From Promethearchaeota archaeon (lineage in GTDB: Archaea; Asgardarchaeota; Lokiarchaeia; Sigyniarchaeales; SOKP01), in NCBI GenBank assembly GCA_030599585.1, contig JAUVNS010000029.1, positions 1 to 37,492 on the forward strand: a stretch of DNA of 37,492 bases, given 5' to 3'. Within the stretch, counting starts at the first letter, position 1; each line of letters begins with the position of its first letter. The notes below the pieces were generated by a model. The model saw nothing but the letters and a program-made list of their open reading frames with translations. It had not been told where the DNA came from and made no database searches. The translations under genes were made by a program, and so were the position numbers. Shown here one piece after another: positions 1 through 8,837 of the stretch.

Positions 1-1
1 A

Positions 2-829
2 GGATTTGGAGGCCTAGCTGGGACGGCTCCAAAAATTGAAAATTATCCGGGATTTGAGAGTATCCACGGTCTTGAATTAACGGAAAAAATGAGGGAACAA
101 GCTGAAAAATGGGGAGCTACCTTTTTTTATGAAAAAGTATCCGCAATTAATCCAAAGGAAATGACTGTAACTACATCTGCAGGTGATATAAAAGCGAAAG
201 CTATCGTAATTGCTACTGGTTCGAAACACCTAACACTTGGATTGCCCAATGAATTTGATTTAATAGGTAACGGAATATCTTATTGTGCTACTTGCGATGG
301 ACCTTTATTTCGAGATCAAGTAGTTGCTACAGTTGGTGGTAGTAATGCTGCTGGTTTAGAAGTAATTTATCTCTCAGGTGTAGCAAAAAAAGTTTATCTT
401 ATTCATAGACGGCACTGTATGCGAGCAGAAGCATGTATTGTAGATGAGGTTGATTTATTACCCAATGTTGTACCAATGTATAATTGCGTTATTGAAGAGG
501 CTATACCTAAAGATAACAAATTAGGAGAACTAAAAATTAAGAATGTTGAAACTGGCGAAATAACTAATATAAATGTAAATGCTCTATTTATTGCTATAGG
601 ACTTGAGCCACAGACCGAAATGGCACAAAAAGTTGGAATAGAAATTGACGATGAAAAATTTATTAAAGTCAATAAGAAACAAGAAACTAATTTTCCGGGG
701 ATATATGCAGCAGGAGATGTAACAGGTGGAATACGACAGGTAACCACGGCGGTTGGTGAAGGAACTACAGCAGCGATGAATGCATATCTATTTATTAAAA
801 AAGGATGGTATGGAGAAGGAGCGAGTTAA
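2..829 (+). CDS. trxB: Thioredoxin-disulfide reductase, 5'-truncated by the window edge
   Basis: Frame is open from base 2 (GFGGLAGTAPKIENYPGF...) into the ORF at 89; ATG flavin motif (IATGS), redox CATC (SYCATCDG), HRRxxxRA NADPH motif, C-terminal GIYAAGD..QVTTAVGEG. Confidence 0.93.
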   Translation, partial: GFGGLAGTAPKIENYPGFESIHGLELTEKMREQAEKWGATFFYEKVSAINPKEMTVTTSAGDIKAKAIVIATGSKHLTLGLPNEFDLIGNGISYCATCDGPLFRDQVVATVGGSNAAGLEVIYLSGVAKKVYLIHRRHCMRAEACIVDEVDLLPNVVPMYNCVIEEAIPKDNKLGELKIKNVETGEITNINVNALFIAIGLEPQTEMAQKVGIEIDDEKFIKVNKKQETNFPGIYAAGDVTGGIRQVTTAVGEGTTAAMNAYLFIKKGWYGEGAS

Positions 830-880
830 CAAACAAAATAAGGCTTTTTCTGAAAAATTACCGAAAATTCAATGTCATCT

Positions 881-908
881 AGATATTACACCGTATTATG
901 TAATATCA
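881..908. promoter_or_regulatory. dif-like imperfect inverted repeat (11-6-11), candidate Xer recombination or binding site
   Basis: AGATATTACAC-CGTATT-ATGTAATATCA: arms match 9/11 as inverted repeat (GATATTACA/TGTAATATC perfect); flanked by ATGTCAT direct repeats (872-878, 911-917); ends 19 nt before the recombinase ATG. Confidence 0.5.
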
Positions 909-927
909 CGATGTCATTTCTTTTATT

Positions 928-1854
928 ATGGTAGATTATAAGGTTTCAGACTTTATCGATGATTTTCTAATTTCAAAGGAAGTAGAGGAGGGATGTGCGC
1001 CATCAACTATTAAAGCGTATCGATACGATCTTGAAAAACTTATTAGTCTAGTTGGTGATTTGAGCCTTGAGTCGCCAATACTTCGGCAGAAGATTAGGCT
1101 CTTTTTAAAACACCTGAAAGATTTAAATTATTCAAAAAAAGGTATCAGCCGAAAAATAGCTTCTCTGAGGTCTTACTTTAAGTTTTTGACTTTGAATGAA
1201 TTTATAACTAAAAATCCGATGGCAACAATTAAATCTCCTAAAATTAAGATAGAGGAGAGTTTACCGAAATTCCTAAATGTTGAGGACATTGAGGTAATTT
1301 TTAACAAGTTGAAGGATAAAAAACTATTTTACTCCAAAAAGAGCCAGAGATATTATTTAATTGTAAGATTACTTTATTCTACGATGGCTCGTGTCAGTGA
1401 GTTGTGCGACATCCAAATCAAAGATATTGATTTTAACAAAGGGTACATAAGATTAAAAGGGAAAGGTAGTAAGGAGAGGATTGTTCCGGTAGATTATCAT
1501 ACATTAAAACTTTTCACCGAGTATCTAGAAAATCGAATATCTTACAGCTCCGAAGATTATCTTCTAGTCAATACGCGATTCCAAAAGTTAAATCCTAGAG
1601 TAGTCCAAGCAGATGTGAAAACGATTAAAGAGAAGTGTGGTTTCCCAGATTCCAAAATTATAACACCTCATATTTTCAGACACACGGGCGCTACTCATCT
1701 AAGGCGTTCCGGTATGGATATTAGTGAATTACAGGATATACTGGGCCATAGCTCCCCAAATACAACAAGAATCTATGCAAAGAACGACATTACTAAACTA
1801 CGGCAGTCTTACTCGGAAATGCATCCTTTAAACAATAACGATTTAAATCTCTAA
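928..1854 (+). CDS. xerA: Tyrosine recombinase, XerA/XerC/XerD family
   Basis: N-terminal SAM-like domain (STIKAYRYDL, SRKIASLRSYFKFL); full catalytic set R (ARVSEL), K (KGKGSKER), HxxR (PHIFRH), LGH, Y (TRIY); 308 aa. Confidence 0.9.
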   Translation: MVDYKVSDFIDDFLISKEVEEGCAPSTIKAYRYDLEKLISLVGDLSLESPILRQKIRLFLKHLKDLNYSKKGISRKIASLRSYFKFLTLNEFITKNPMATIKSPKIKIEESLPKFLNVEDIEVIFNKLKDKKLFYSKKSQRYYLIVRLLYSTMARVSELCDIQIKDIDFNKGYIRLKGKGSKERIVPVDYHTLKLFTEYLENRISYSSEDYLLVNTRFQKLNPRVVQADVKTIKEKCGFPDSKIITPHIFRHTGATHLRRSGMDISELQDILGHSSPNTTRIYAKNDITKLRQSYSEMHPLNNNDLNL

Positions 1855-1970
1855 CTACAAGTTTAAAATAAATTTCTTCTATATCATTATAGGGGATATG
1901 TCTAATAATCCTCTAGGAAAAAGTCAAAAGTATAAGAAAGTTTAAACTTAATTTGTTCTATATTTACTTA

Positions 1971-1990
1971 TATATCACGATATATCACGA
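1971..1990. repeat. Tandem 10-bp direct repeat (TATATCACGA)x2 upstream of cdc6
   Basis: Seen directly at 1971-1980 and 1981-1990; the 10-mer ATATCACGAT at 1972-1981 also occurs at 903-912 upstream of xerA. Confidence 0.7.
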
Positions 1991-2016
1991 AAAATATATA
2001 TAAAAGTCGGTTAATA

Positions 2017-3207
2017 ATGGACGAGGAAGAATTTAGAAAGCAATTCACGACAAAATCAGTGTTTACTCAAGCTAACTCACTTGATATGAGCTATGTACCC
2101 GAAAAAGTATATTGTCGCGACGAAGTTATTAACAACCTTATCTATAACTTTAGACGGATTCTTGAAGAAGAAACACAACCGTCAGTCAATACGCTTTTGT
2201 TGGGACCAGGAGGCGTCGGTAAAACTTGTACAGCAAGATACTTTGGTAGAAACTTTAAAACAATAGCGTTAGAAAAAGGTGTAAATGTTTTTGTCGAATA
2301 TTACAACTGTATAAATTTCCGCTCCAAAAGTAAAATAATTCGCGAATTGTTGGCAAAGTACACTCACGGAAGCGGACGGGGATTCTCGGACGACGAAGCA
2401 CTAAAGCTTATTTTAAAGCAATTAATCCGCGAAAAGGGCTACATGTTACTAATAATAGATGAAGTCCATTTATTAAGATCTGACGAAATTTTAGCATTTT
2501 TAGATATTGCTGAAACCTATGGACATCAAAACGCGAAACTCTCAATAATTTTAATCTCCAGAAATAAAGATTGGATGACAATAGAAACTGAAAGGATTTT
2601 AAGTAGATTAAACGAGAAAATTAGACTCAAGCCTTATAATTACGAAGAAGCAAAACAGATATTGGAATATAGAAGCGAACTCGCCTTTAAAGAATACGTT
2701 ATTGATGACGGTATTTTGAGTATGATTAGTCAGATAGTTACAGACCACGAAAACATGCGTCACGGAATAGAGATTTTAAGAAAAGGTGGACTGTATGCCG
2801 ACAGGGAAAATTTAGATAGTGTAAACGCTGACATAATTAGAGCCGCCTCTAATGAAGTTTACCCCACATTTAGAGGAGAGATCGTTGACCAATTGAACGA
2901 TCAAGAACTATTTGCGCTCTTTGGAATTGCACGATCTTTGATAATTAAAGACGAGCCATTTACTCTAGTTGATGACGCTTTTGAAGAATATCAAGTAATA
3001 AGTGAGACATACTCAATTGAACCACATGTGAAAATGAGCTTCCGTAAGTACATCAGAACACTTAATCAATTGAAAATCATCGCATCTAAAACAGTCAGAA
3101 TCGAACAAGCAGAAAGAGGCAGGCACCTCGAAATTACTCTATTAGATATACCCGCCCTGAAATTGGAAGAGTTTTTAATTGAGATTTTTAACAAGAAATT
3201 TAACTAA
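2017..3207 (+). CDS. cdc6: Orc1/Cdc6 family replication initiator (AAA+ ATPase + winged helix)
   Basis: LDMSYVPEKVYCRDE N-terminal motif, Walker A GPGGVGKT, YNC, Walker B LIIDEVH, PYNYEE..ILEYR, C-terminal winged helix ending GRH; 396 aa. Confidence 0.92.
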   Translation: MDEEEFRKQFTTKSVFTQANSLDMSYVPEKVYCRDEVINNLIYNFRRILEEETQPSVNTLLLGPGGVGKTCTARYFGRNFKTIALEKGVNVFVEYYNCINFRSKSKIIRELLAKYTHGSGRGFSDDEALKLILKQLIREKGYMLLIIDEVHLLRSDEILAFLDIAETYGHQNAKLSIILISRNKDWMTIETERILSRLNEKIRLKPYNYEEAKQILEYRSELAFKEYVIDDGILSMISQIVTDHENMRHGIEILRKGGLYADRENLDSVNADIIRAASNEVYPTFRGEIVDQLNDQELFALFGIARSLIIKDEPFTLVDDAFEEYQVISETYSIEPHVKMSFRKYIRTLNQLKIIASKTVRIEQAERGRHLEITLLDIPALKLEEFLIEIFNKKFN

Positions 3208-3361
3208 TAAATAGTTTTACGCTATTAACTTCTTTTTTCACAAAATTATGCTTAAGAGATCAATTTTGGTTATGGTCATCAGAAGATATTAAACAAGTAA
3301 TTAATTCCATATCTTAAGGGATATTTTTAACTGTTTTATTTTGCTTTAGTTTGAATCTCAC

Positions 3362-4360
3362 ATGGTAAAGAAGAAAATTTTATTAACAGGAGCTTCAGGC
3401 ACTGTTGGTAAAGAAGTTTTTAAAGAATTATTAAACAGGACTAATAAATACGAAGTTAGTTTATTTTTGCGAGGGTCTCCTAAGAATAAGAAGCTTTTCA
3501 AACATTTTGTTGATAGGGTTAAAATATTCTGGGGTACTTTGCAGAACTTCTCAGAGGTTAAAAAGGCTGTCAATGGTCAAGATGTAGTACTCCATCTCGC
3601 TGCTGCTCTTCCAGATATTGGGTTCAAAAACCCCGAAATCTTGATATCTACAAATGTAGAGGGAACTCGAAACATAATAAATGCTATGTTAAGCCAGCCA
3701 AACAAACCTAAACTGATCTATACTTCTTCTGTCGCAGTTTATGGCGATCGACGGAAAAATCCCATAATCAAATTATCGGATTCGGTTGATAAGAATTCAA
3801 AAGATCTGTACACTACCACGAAAATAAATGCTGAAAAACTTGTAAAAGAATCAACTCTTAAATTCGTTATTTTTCGAGTTTCGTATGTTACAGCAACAGA
3901 TATGATTAAATTCAGAAAAGTAATGTTTTATATCGCTTTAGATACAAGCGTAGAAACTATTCATGCTAAAGATACTGGTTTAGCTCTAGTAAACGCTATA
4001 GAATCACAAGAAGTCTGGAATAAAACCTTCAACTTAGGGGGAGGCGAAAAGTGCCAAATCTCATATAGAGATAACCTTAACGATATGTTCGAATTAATGG
4101 GATTTGGAAGAAACTTTCTCCCAGACGAAGCTTTTTCAAAACACCATTCACATTGTGGATATTATGACACAGAAGAAATGAACTACCTGCAGGGAGTCTT
4201 AAATTTCCAAAATTCTACATTAGACGATTTTTATGAAGAAGTTAAAAAGTGGATAGGGGTTAAGAGATATTTAGTCCCACTAGTAAAGCCTATTCTAAGA
4301 TGGTATATTTTGCGAAAATCAGAATTTTATCAAGATTATAAAAAAAAGAATCAAAAGTAG
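3362..4360 (+). CDS. Extended SDR, NAD-dependent epimerase/dehydratase (3-beta-HSD-like)
   Basis: TGASGTVG Rossmann motif, HLAA, NVEGT, YTSSVAVYG, catalytic YxxxK (YTTTK). Confidence 0.85.
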   Translation: MVKKKILLTGASGTVGKEVFKELLNRTNKYEVSLFLRGSPKNKKLFKHFVDRVKIFWGTLQNFSEVKKAVNGQDVVLHLAAALPDIGFKNPEILISTNVEGTRNIINAMLSQPNKPKLIYTSSVAVYGDRRKNPIIKLSDSVDKNSKDLYTTTKINAEKLVKESTLKFVIFRVSYVTATDMIKFRKVMFYIALDTSVETIHAKDTGLALVNAIESQEVWNKTFNLGGGEKCQISYRDNLNDMFELMGFGRNFLPDEAFSKHHSHCGYYDTEEMNYLQGVLNFQNSTLDDFYEEVKKWIGVKRYLVPLVKPILRWYILRKSEFYQDYKKKNQK

Positions 4361-4381
4361 CGATTTAAAAGAATTTCAATT

Positions 4382-5149
4382 CTAATAGATAAAGGGAACC
4401 AACGCTTTTCTGTTTTTAGGGTAATCAGGGAAGGTTTCAAGATACCACTTATGATGTGAAAGCGCTCTTGGTGCCAAGTTTGCAAATGTCCAGGCAACAA
4501 AAATCAGACCAGGAAAAGACAAAGTCAATATAGCCCATCCTGTCCATTCAGTAATTTCTCCAAGGTAACTCGGACTACTAACCCATCGAAACATGCCTCC
4601 ATATGGTATTTTATATTCAGTTTCTCCGGGTTTACGTAAATTTCGAATTATTCGATCCGAATGAAGGTTGATAATAAAGCCTAAAAGAAAGATAAATAGT
4701 CCGGCTATAAAGAATGGAGAAAAAATCCAATCGTCGTGATAAGGTGCAGATAAAGCATAAATCCAACGAGCTTGTAGATATGTGTTTATTCCATTAAACA
4801 TCATTCCAAAGCTTACAATAGTTACTGGCATGGGTTGTTTCGCTCGGATTAAGAAAGGAAATATAAAAGTTCGCTGTCCATAGTGTAGCATCCAAATGAA
4901 TAAAAATACAATCGACACTACACTCGTTTTTCTCTCTCCTAAAAAGTAAATGATAAGGTAAATTACAACTGTTGGGATTTCCATAATGAACCAACCAAGT
5001 TTATTATTAATATTTGGCCCCCAACCTTTTCTAATATGCTGTCCATAAGGAGCAGATACAAAAAAAAGAAGAATGAAGACACCTACTCCTACGATACCGA
5101 AGAATAGCATTATAAAATTGAATATAATTATCTCACTCAAAAACAACAT
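4382..5149 (-). CDS. 3-oxo-5-alpha-steroid 4-dehydrogenase (steroid 5-alpha-reductase/DET2 family) membrane protein
   Basis: Multiple TM helices; APYG, GWFIMEIP, HYxQR, INLHSDxIxxNLRKPGExxYKIPYGGMFxxVSxPxYLGEIxEWxGWA, NLAPRAxxHHKWY..F.DYPKNRKALVPFIY are hallmark 5-alpha-reductase motifs. Confidence 0.9.
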   Translation of the reverse strand: MLFLSEIIIFNFIMLFFGIVGVGVFILLFFVSAPYGQHIRKGWGPNINNKLGWFIMEIPTVVIYLIIYFLGERKTSVVSIVFLFIWMLHYGQRTFIFPFLIRAKQPMPVTIVSFGMMFNGINTYLQARWIYALSAPYHDDWIFSPFFIAGLFIFLLGFIINLHSDRIIRNLRKPGETEYKIPYGGMFRWVSSPSYLGEITEWTGWAILTLSFPGLIFVAWTFANLAPRALSHHKWYLETFPDYPKNRKALVPFIY

Positions 5150-5252
5150 CCCTAATTTCCTATTACTAGATAATAAGAAAAATCCGATGCTATGAGAAGA
5201 ATTTAAACTAAATTAAAAGGATGATACATTGGTTAATCTGACGGGTATTTAA

Positions 5253-5483
5253 TTAGTAATTTTTTTTTTCTTCCTTACTTTTACTATACCAATCAAGCCA
5301 TTCCTTTCGACGATTTTTAGCTTTTTGCACTTCGTCTGTTGCTGCTCCGCGTTCGTCTCGTATGTTACTCCAATAGTGATCTAATTCGTAACGAGATAAT
5401 GATAATCCGCACGAACCACATACCATTAGACGATTATCGGGATTGTATTTCATCTTACCGGCGCATTCAGGACAACGAGCCAT
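5253..5483 (-). CDS. Small zinc-ribbon protein (TFIIB-like ribbon + helical tail)
   Basis: CPEC-x15-CGSC at the N-terminus, 76 aa, sits alone in the intergenic gap. Confidence 0.75.
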   Translation of the reverse strand: MARCPECAGKMKYNPDNRLMVCGSCGLSLSRYELDHYWSNIRDERGAATDEVQKAKNRRKEWLDWYSKSKEEKKNY

Positions 5484-5637
5484 AGTTTTTTCTCAAATAT
5501 TATAATTTTTCTTATCTCTAAGATTTATAGAATTATACACAATTAAAATAATTACTGCTTGGTAAATAAACTCCAAATTTATTTTCAATGCTGTATTACC
5601 TATTATTATTTAACTATTAACTCAATAACTATTTTAA

Positions 5638-6876
5638 ATGAGAAATATGAAATCAGATGTATATTATTTTACAGCAAGAACATTTAACCATAAGGAAAGT
5701 TTAAGCAGATTTAAGGGACCTTCGTCTCTGGAAAAAATTGGATTTAATAATAAAGTCCAGAAAGGAGATAACGTGGTAATTAAGACACACTTTGGTGCTT
5801 TAGAAAATGTACGATACCTACGGCCGAGTTACATTAGATTTTTGTGTGATCACGTAAAAAGTTTAGGAGCAGTACCATCTGTAGCAGAATCATGTGGCTG
5901 GGGTGCTCCAGAAGAATTTACGGGCATTCATACCGAATATAGTGGTCGCGCTGCTGAAGAAGAATATTTAGAAACTGCTAAAATTCATGGTTTTACAGAA
6001 GAAACCATGGGAGCGAAACTGCTAATGCTTGATGGACGCGTTGGGACGGATATAATAAAGCAAGCTGTTAATGGTAAACGATTTAAAGAAGTTTTAGTTG
6101 CAGGAAGGTTGAAGGAATTCGATCACATGATTATGGCAACACATTTTAAGGGACACGGGGGAGCTGGTTTTGGTGGTGCAATTAAAAATCTTGGGATTGG
6201 ATGTGTAAGCAAAGGTGGGAAAGTACAAGCGCATATGGGAAAAAAATTCGAATTTAATTTTGAAGCACCGATTTCTGACTACGAAAATTGTTTGAAAATC
6301 TGCCCGACAAATGCATTGGGAGAAAGTTTAGAAGGTAAATTAATTCGCGATGAAGGTAAATGTAGATATTGCTATATGTGTAAATCTGTTTGCAAAAACA
6401 ATGTTATTGATACTGGATCATCAACTCAAGAAGAATTTATTACACAAATGGTTGATAACGCTGCGGGAGTAATAGAATATTTCGGTAAAGAAAAAATATT
6501 TTATCTCAATTATGTGATAGATGTCACATGGCAATGTGACTGCACAGGTGGCTCAGATATACCATTTGTAAGCGATATTGGTATTTTATCCTCGTTAGAT
6601 CCAGTAGCAGTGGATCAATCAGCCGTGGATTTAATACACTTATCAAAGATGAATCCTCACTCAATTTTAGGGAACATTGGCAATATTTCTAAAGAAAAGT
6701 CTCATGATTGGTTCTCTTATATACCCCGATTTGACTCAGAAACAGGCAATATTGATTTAAATCCCGATGGGAAAGAATCTAGACATTGGGAAATACAATT
6801 GAAAGTGGCTGAAGAACTAGGACTTGGTACACGAGATTATAAGTTAATTGAAGTGAAACCGGAAGCTAAGAAATAG
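5638..6876 (+). CDS. DUF362 family Fe-S protein with ferredoxin-like insert
   Basis: VIKTHFG, HFKGHGGAGFGGAIKNLGIGC..K.GK..AH, CRYCYMCKSVC, CDC, DIGILSSLDPVAVDQ, AEELGLG motifs typical of DUF362 proteins. Confidence 0.85.
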   Translation: MRNMKSDVYYFTARTFNHKESLSRFKGPSSLEKIGFNNKVQKGDNVVIKTHFGALENVRYLRPSYIRFLCDHVKSLGAVPSVAESCGWGAPEEFTGIHTEYSGRAAEEEYLETAKIHGFTEETMGAKLLMLDGRVGTDIIKQAVNGKRFKEVLVAGRLKEFDHMIMATHFKGHGGAGFGGAIKNLGIGCVSKGGKVQAHMGKKFEFNFEAPISDYENCLKICPTNALGESLEGKLIRDEGKCRYCYMCKSVCKNNVIDTGSSTQEEFITQMVDNAAGVIEYFGKEKIFYLNYVIDVTWQCDCTGGSDIPFVSDIGILSSLDPVAVDQSAVDLIHLSKMNPHSILGNIGNISKEKSHDWFSYIPRFDSETGNIDLNPDGKESRHWEIQLKVAEELGLGTRDYKLIEVKPEAKK

Positions 6877-7022
6877 AATCAATACCCTATTTTTATTTTT
6901 AATGTGTATTTGAGATATTTGTCCTCTAATTCTAATTATCACCAAAAAATATTTTTCGTAAATTCAGTTAATTTATATTATGAAAATAATTAATTTTACT
7001 CATTACCTTTAAAGGTTTTATT

Positions 7023-8750
7023 ATGAAGCCACTTATAACTATAGAAGAAGTAAGGGATGCTTTGATTGGAAGGAATTTTACATTTCAAACTCCTTATGGG
7101 AAACGTTTACTTGTTTACACAGATTACACGGCGTCTGGAAGATCACTTAAATTTATTGAAAAATACTTGATAAAGATTCAAAGGGAATATGCCAATACAC
7201 ATACTGAAGACGATATAACTGGTCGTCATATGACTAACCTCATACATCAAGCTGAATTAATTATTAAAAAAGCTTTCAATGCAGAATCTAACTGCCAAAT
7301 TATAGCAATCGGTACCGGAGCAACAGGTGCGATAACTAAATTCCAAGAGATTATAGGTATCCGCTTCCCACCAGCAACAAAGAAATTATTACAGCAGATA
7401 ATGGATAAGTCCTCGAAAGAGAATGTTTTAGATCCAGCTTTTAGAAAAATCTATAATAAAGAGATCGACCGGTTAAAACCGGTTGTTTACATAGGGCCTT
7501 ACGAACATCATTCTAACGACATAATGTGGCGAGAAGCTATTGCGGAAGTAATAGCCATAAAACCTAATTCTGATGGATACATTGATTTAAAAGATTTAGA
7601 AAACAAAGTTTCAGATCCAAAATATAAAGATAGATTAAAAATAGGATCATTTTCGGCAGCCTCAAACATTACAGGAATTAAAACACCCGTTTACGAAATT
7701 GCTCGTATAATGCATAGATATGGAGGATTAGTGTGCTTTGACTATGCTGCGAGTGCTCCATATGTAAAAATCAATATGAATAATGACCCTGAAACATTTT
7801 TTGATGCTATTTTTATCTCTCCACACAAATTCGTAGGAGGGCCGGGGTCATCTGGAATTTTAGTATTCAATGAAAGAATATATGATCGTACGCTCTCTCC
7901 AACCTCTGCTGGAGGAGGAACTGTTGATTTTGTAAGCAGGACAACAGTCGATTATTCAGACGATATAGAGGTTAGGGAAAAAGCGGGCACTCCAGGAGTA
8001 TTGCAAACTATTAAAGCAGCTTTAGTTATTGATTTAAAAGATGCTCTTGGAATTGATATTATAGGGTCTAAAGAAAGAGAATATACAACTCGTGCTTTAG
8101 AGAGATTTTCTAAACTCCCCAATTTAGAAATTTTAGGCCCTAACGATCCGGAGAACCGGATTTCTATTATGTCATTTTTGATAAAACATGGAGATAAAAA
8201 GTTACACCCTAAATTCGTTACCAAACTTCTTAACGATCTGTTTGGAATTCAGAGTCGAGCTGGTTGTATGTGTGCAGGACCCTATGGACACTTGTTGCTT
8301 CAAATTAGTGAAGAAGTATCACAACAATTTCGCAAAATTACCAAACAAGGAAATCTTGGAATCAAGCCTGGTTGGTGTCGCGTTAATTTCCACTATTTAT
8401 TCTCAGAAGTAGAATTTCAATTTATTTGTCAGTCAATAGAATTTATTGTAGATTATGGGTATCTTTTTCTAAAGGATTATTCTTTTAACCTCAATACGGG
8501 AGAATGGGTCAACATTAATTTCAAAGACGATTACTTATCCGTTAAGCCGGATATTAAGACTGTGCTATCAACAAATTTGCAAAACTGTTTTGATGAAGAA
8601 GTTATTGATCAGAAAAAGGAATTCGCTAAATATCTACAATACGCTAAGGATTTAGTAAGTACCTTTGGAAAGGAAGAAAAATATCTTCATTTTGAAGATT
8701 CTGAAACCGAAAAACTAAGATGGTTTAATTTTCTACACATAAAAAAATAA
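7023..8750 (+). CDS. Class V PLP-dependent enzyme (cysteine desulfurase-like, long form)
   Basis: YTDYTASGR, YANTHTE, EHHSN, AASNITG, FDYAA, SPHKF (PLP lysine), GGGTV, GTP, RAGCMCAGPY. Confidence 0.87.
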   Translation: MKPLITIEEVRDALIGRNFTFQTPYGKRLLVYTDYTASGRSLKFIEKYLIKIQREYANTHTEDDITGRHMTNLIHQAELIIKKAFNAESNCQIIAIGTGATGAITKFQEIIGIRFPPATKKLLQQIMDKSSKENVLDPAFRKIYNKEIDRLKPVVYIGPYEHHSNDIMWREAIAEVIAIKPNSDGYIDLKDLENKVSDPKYKDRLKIGSFSAASNITGIKTPVYEIARIMHRYGGLVCFDYAASAPYVKINMNNDPETFFDAIFISPHKFVGGPGSSGILVFNERIYDRTLSPTSAGGGTVDFVSRTTVDYSDDIEVREKAGTPGVLQTIKAALVIDLKDALGIDIIGSKEREYTTRALERFSKLPNLEILGPNDPENRISIMSFLIKHGDKKLHPKFVTKLLNDLFGIQSRAGCMCAGPYGHLLLQISEEVSQQFRKITKQGNLGIKPGWCRVNFHYLFSEVEFQFICQSIEFIVDYGYLFLKDYSFNLNTGEWVNINFKDDYLSVKPDIKTVLSTNLQNCFDEEVIDQKKEFAKYLQYAKDLVSTFGKEEKYLHFEDSETEKLRWFNFLHIKK

Positions 8751-8837
8751 AAACTGGAGTATTCATAGCATCACAAAATTAAATTAAAGTGTTAGGATTA
8801 TAAAAAAAATATTAATAAAAATTTTATTTTTTTGTTT

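Noticed and set aside
928-3207. xerA+cdc6 as an intact provirus or integrative element
   Set aside because: No second att copy, tRNA target, or viral/conjugation genes seen; flanks are housekeeping or metabolic. Kept only as a possible domesticated module.
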